Assembly: GCA_030141605.1 (NCBI GenBank)
Contig: JAQGDQ010000259.1
Location: 1-64,000 of the forward strand
Length of the DNA stretch: 64,000 bases
Direction: 5' to 3'
Source of the DNA: Tubiluchus corallicola
Taxonomy: Eukaryota; Animalia; Priapulida
Position numbers and translations under genes: made by a program. Below the pieces are notes generated by a model, which saw only the letters and a program-made list of their open reading frames with translations, was not told the origin of the DNA and searched no databases. This document shows positions 60,901 to 64,000 of the stretch, in pieces. How positions within the stretch are numbered: position 1 is the stretch's first letter; each line of letters opens with the position of its first letter.

Positions 60901-62054
60901 GAACCCTTTTTAGTGAGATAATTCAGCATTCTATAGTAACTTTTCACAGTGAACTAATTTCACTTAATCTCTGGAGGCCCCTCTGCTGGTGGTGGCCCCT
61001 AGCTGCAGCTCATAAAGCCCATGCTCTAATCCAGCACATATTGGAATGTTTGTTCTGGCATCAAATTGTCAAAAAGGCTCAAAAAGTACTAATAACTTAA
61101 TTTTATAACCCCATACTCACGTCACTGGCTAAAAACTAGTACTGCAACTACTATCAGTATTTTCAAACTCCCTGACAGTAGTTCGTGGTAGGAGTCATTT
61201 TGCTTGCAGTTTTTTCTGTTGCCAAGCCCAGTCGTTCGTCTGGAAGAGCTTTCTACTGGATTTTAACTTAACTTTCGTGTGCTTTTGCAAAGTCCGCAGC
61301 AACCCACCTTCGTACAGTTGCTAGGTGTTTTTGTAGAGATGCCACAAAAAACAATGGCAAACGTTAACGGCGATTTTCTCAAGATTATGTTTTTCAGCGT
61401 GCAGCTTGCATCTCAACTTCACTGTGGATTATCTCAGCTTAGAAATAACATAGAGTGATAAGCTTGGTATCAAAATGATCCTCATGAAATGGAGATTCGG
61501 TATATCTGAATAACTAGAAAAGTTTAACTGCCAACTTATGGACGTTTTTGCTCTGCAAGCTCTCGTATAGTTGTCTTCTGTTTGGCTGAAGATATTAGTT
61601 TATAATACGCTCATTTCTCTAATTGGTCTGTGATGAAATTTTAGTGTTATAAAGATTTAAAATTTGGTTAGTAACTAGTAGTTACAGTAATAACCTAGTA
61701 ATTAATTCATTTCTTTGCAACACACTAAAATGTAATTTAATTTACGAACTTCAACAGTTTTCAGTGAACACAGATTATCTCAGAGAATTTCCCAGCAAAT
61801 GCAATCATTGAACAACATCATTAACATAAAAATAACTATCTACTTGATTAATGTTGGTAAAATATTATGTTTTGTAAATTAATCACTGTTTTGTTCTACA
61901 TTTTACATAGGAAGAAAGTGTATTGTTGGACATTTAAACCAGTGTTCTACAAATGAGACATGTACGCAGTTAAGTCGTAGCAGCCATGAAGGATTTTGCA
62001 AATGTTTGTCCGGTTATCATCGTAACAAGGCAGAAAAGTGCATGCTATTACCTG
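56799..62054 (+). CDS. 3'-partial uncharacterised secreted or membrane protein (signal peptide, Cys-containing domain, P/T/S linker, EGF-like module)
   Basis: Exons 56799-56859, 57689-57834, 58671-58809, 59828-60088, 61911-62054, phases 1,0,1,1,1 consistent. MPAVNSRSFVVFGMLLSLQAVLS signal peptide; CTRNSLCTGVSCTG..CSQPV..FTDGESVAIPG..VPDC; PPIPTPSTAMTTP; CIVGHLNQCSTNETC..GFCKCLSGY..KC. No stop codon reached in the window. Confidence 0.8.
57882..57925. repeat. (AT)n microsatellite
   Basis: Dinucleotide run. Confidence 0.9.
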
Positions 62055-62070
62055 GTAAGTGTTTAATAAT

Positions 62071-62220
62071 ACAGTAGGTGCCGCTTAAAAGACTCACGGT
62101 TAATCGACTCAATCGCTTAATTGACTCAAAAACACCTTGTACGGGCTACTTCTATCCAAATGTACGTAAAAACTGTCGGTAGTTGACTCAAATAACTCTG
62201 CATAATTTACTCAATATTTT
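62071..62220. mobile_element. Tigger/pogo-like MITE end
   Basis: TA|CAGTAGGTGCCGCTTAA followed by repeated GACTCA/CGCTTAA subterminal motifs; the other end was not found. Confidence 0.45.
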
Positions 62221-63186
62221 TCCTTCACATACTTAAAATAAGACATTTGTATGTGCCCAAACAACTTTTACTGCTTTTATGTCATCTTTGCATCACTTTT
62301 GTGCACTATAATATATGTAGAAACAAGCATGTTAACTGTTAAGTGCCATTTTGTTTGTAAGCAGGTACGTTTATCATGTGCTAATACGCTAGGGTAGCAG
62401 TTTTGCTTGAATCTTTACTGGCTCGTCCACTGCAATTAACCTCGTTAACCAAGAATTTCTGGAAGCTAAACATTTAAGAACGCGTCCGCGAGAAGACCAT
62501 GCAAAATCGAAAAATTCCGGCACAAGGTTAGGTAAACCGATTCAAACCAAAGTTCGGGTATGAGGTCCACTAGTCACTAGTATTCACTATGTGAATCCGC
62601 TTGGCCCAACTCCTCATAGTAGCAGATGTACGCATAGGCCGATTTTCATGAAAAAATGCCTATTTTTCTCTATTTTTTACTCATATTTGAAGGATTAGTC
62701 ATGCAGCAACCACTGAGTTTGAATAGATCTGACTCTGCACAGTATTGCATCTTGTTATCTTCTCCAAAATGACTTTTCAACTTTTGTCCCAAACCCCCCT
62801 CTTTCGGCTCTACTGGGGGTCTTTAAGCTCGCATTACGCACAAGATGCAAATACTCAGTCATTTCAAAGTCTTATATCTCACCCACTGCGGGGGCGGGGA
62901 CAAAAATATCGATATGTATGTGAATAGAGCATCCCATCCCACTATGCTGCAGTGACAATTTCGATGGAGCGAATTTCCACCCTATTGTAAAAGACCCCTG
63001 AAAGAGGCATATATCAGGGTGAAAATATAGGTAACAACGTTCACCAAAAAGCTTCGTGTAGGTAAACATGAGTTGTCAAATCTTGTCCAAATACTTCAAA
63101 ACATCATAAATATTCATCTTTGGCAACTAGGGGCCTGGCCAGCACATTGGTTAAACTACCGACAGGATTGGACTCCATCATTCAAG

Positions 63187-63392
63187 ATGGCGGCCACTGC
63201 TGAACTAAAATGTTCGTTTTCTGGGCTGTTTACCAGCGTTAAATGCGGTATTCTGACTAGTTATCCGCACGAAACGAATATTGTGAATCTATTAGCCTGT
63301 ACTAAAGACACTGGACCGCATTTACAGCGCTTCCATTTTCAAACAAATGAAATATCTACGGAATGGAAATTGCTTCTTGCAAGGACTGGAAG
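63187..63392 (+). mobile_element. possible DNA transposase 5' coding fragment (Sola3-like)
   Basis: CAAGATGGCGGC start context; MAATAELKCSFSGLF..KCG..NLLACTKD...HL..EWKLLLARTG resembles from memory the N-terminus (CSF..CG..L..C.KD..H..E..L.LAR.G) of invertebrate Sola3-type transposases. Unverified. Confidence 0.4.
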
Positions 63393-63470
63393 ATGTTTTA
63401 TGTACTGTTTATTTTCTATGCTTTGTAAATGTTATGTACAGGTTATTACCTAGTTATTACTCATTGTCTT

Positions 63471-63748
63471 ACATAGGCGTACAAGCCAGGACACAAAGAA
63501 AATTGTCCTAAATCTGAGCAAATGCCCAAAAAATATGTGACAGACTTCCCCCAAAATATCATTTGTCCGGTGATTTTTTGACTGTAAAACATCGAAAATT
63601 TTTGTGCCATTGGCGCAATCATTCAATCACACCATTAATATTTTTTGTCAGAAGTATCGATTTTGTGCCACAAATAAATTTTGGGCAAAGAAAAATTTTC
63701 TGAGTTAAATATCACCGCCATCTCCCTAGAAGCGGCCCATGCGCTTAT
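63471..63748. mobile_element. degenerate hAT-like MITE
   Basis: CATAGGCGTA ... TGCGCTTAT imperfect TIRs with TGCCC/TGTGCC internal motifs. Confidence 0.4.
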
Positions 63749-64000
63749 ATTGTCTCATGTTTCGACTGTAAGATTTCCGCTTTATCACTTTCCCCATGAT
63801 ATATTTGTCTATATTTCTGTATCTATCTTCTAGGGATAATCTACCTGCATCGATAATTCTTTCTCAGTTATTTAGATATTATGGTTTTGATTACTTGTAC
63901 TACTCTTCAGTGATAGGATTATGCTGCTACAATAACAACAGTATTTTGAACTTAGAGAAATTAATTCTGACTGAGTTTTGTAGTTTTTCATTTTTGTACT

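Overview
AT-rich, microsatellite-rich metazoan (invertebrate) genomic DNA with four spliced + strand genes, assembled by hand from GT-AG junctions with consistent intron phases. (1) 139-19891: the last 26 exons (~1905 aa) of a large mosaic extracellular protein: three copies of a 4-Cys 'uninflatable-like' domain, 2 cbEGF, a duplicated cassette [GCC2/GCC3 ephrin-receptor-like repeats - PAN - SUEL - 4xEGF - low-complexity linker], and a C-terminal TSP1 variant, with no TM segment. (2) 23586-35844: a 552-aa chitin deacetylase-like protein (signal peptide - ChtBD2 - LDLa - CE4) that appears to have lost all metal-binding and catalytic residues. (3) 39041-51004: a 582-aa SLC22 organic cation transporter. 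(4) 56799-62054+: an uncharacterised secretory-pathway protein, preceded by a perfect 259-bp tandem duplication. Introns and intergenic DNA hold CR1, L2, RTE and RTEX-like LINE fragments, tRNA-derived SINEs, hAT-type MITEs, a Helentron-type element and a possible Sola3-like transposase fragment. Most short ORFs in the supplied track are artefacts of simple repeats. Family assignments come from motif recognition only; no searches were run.
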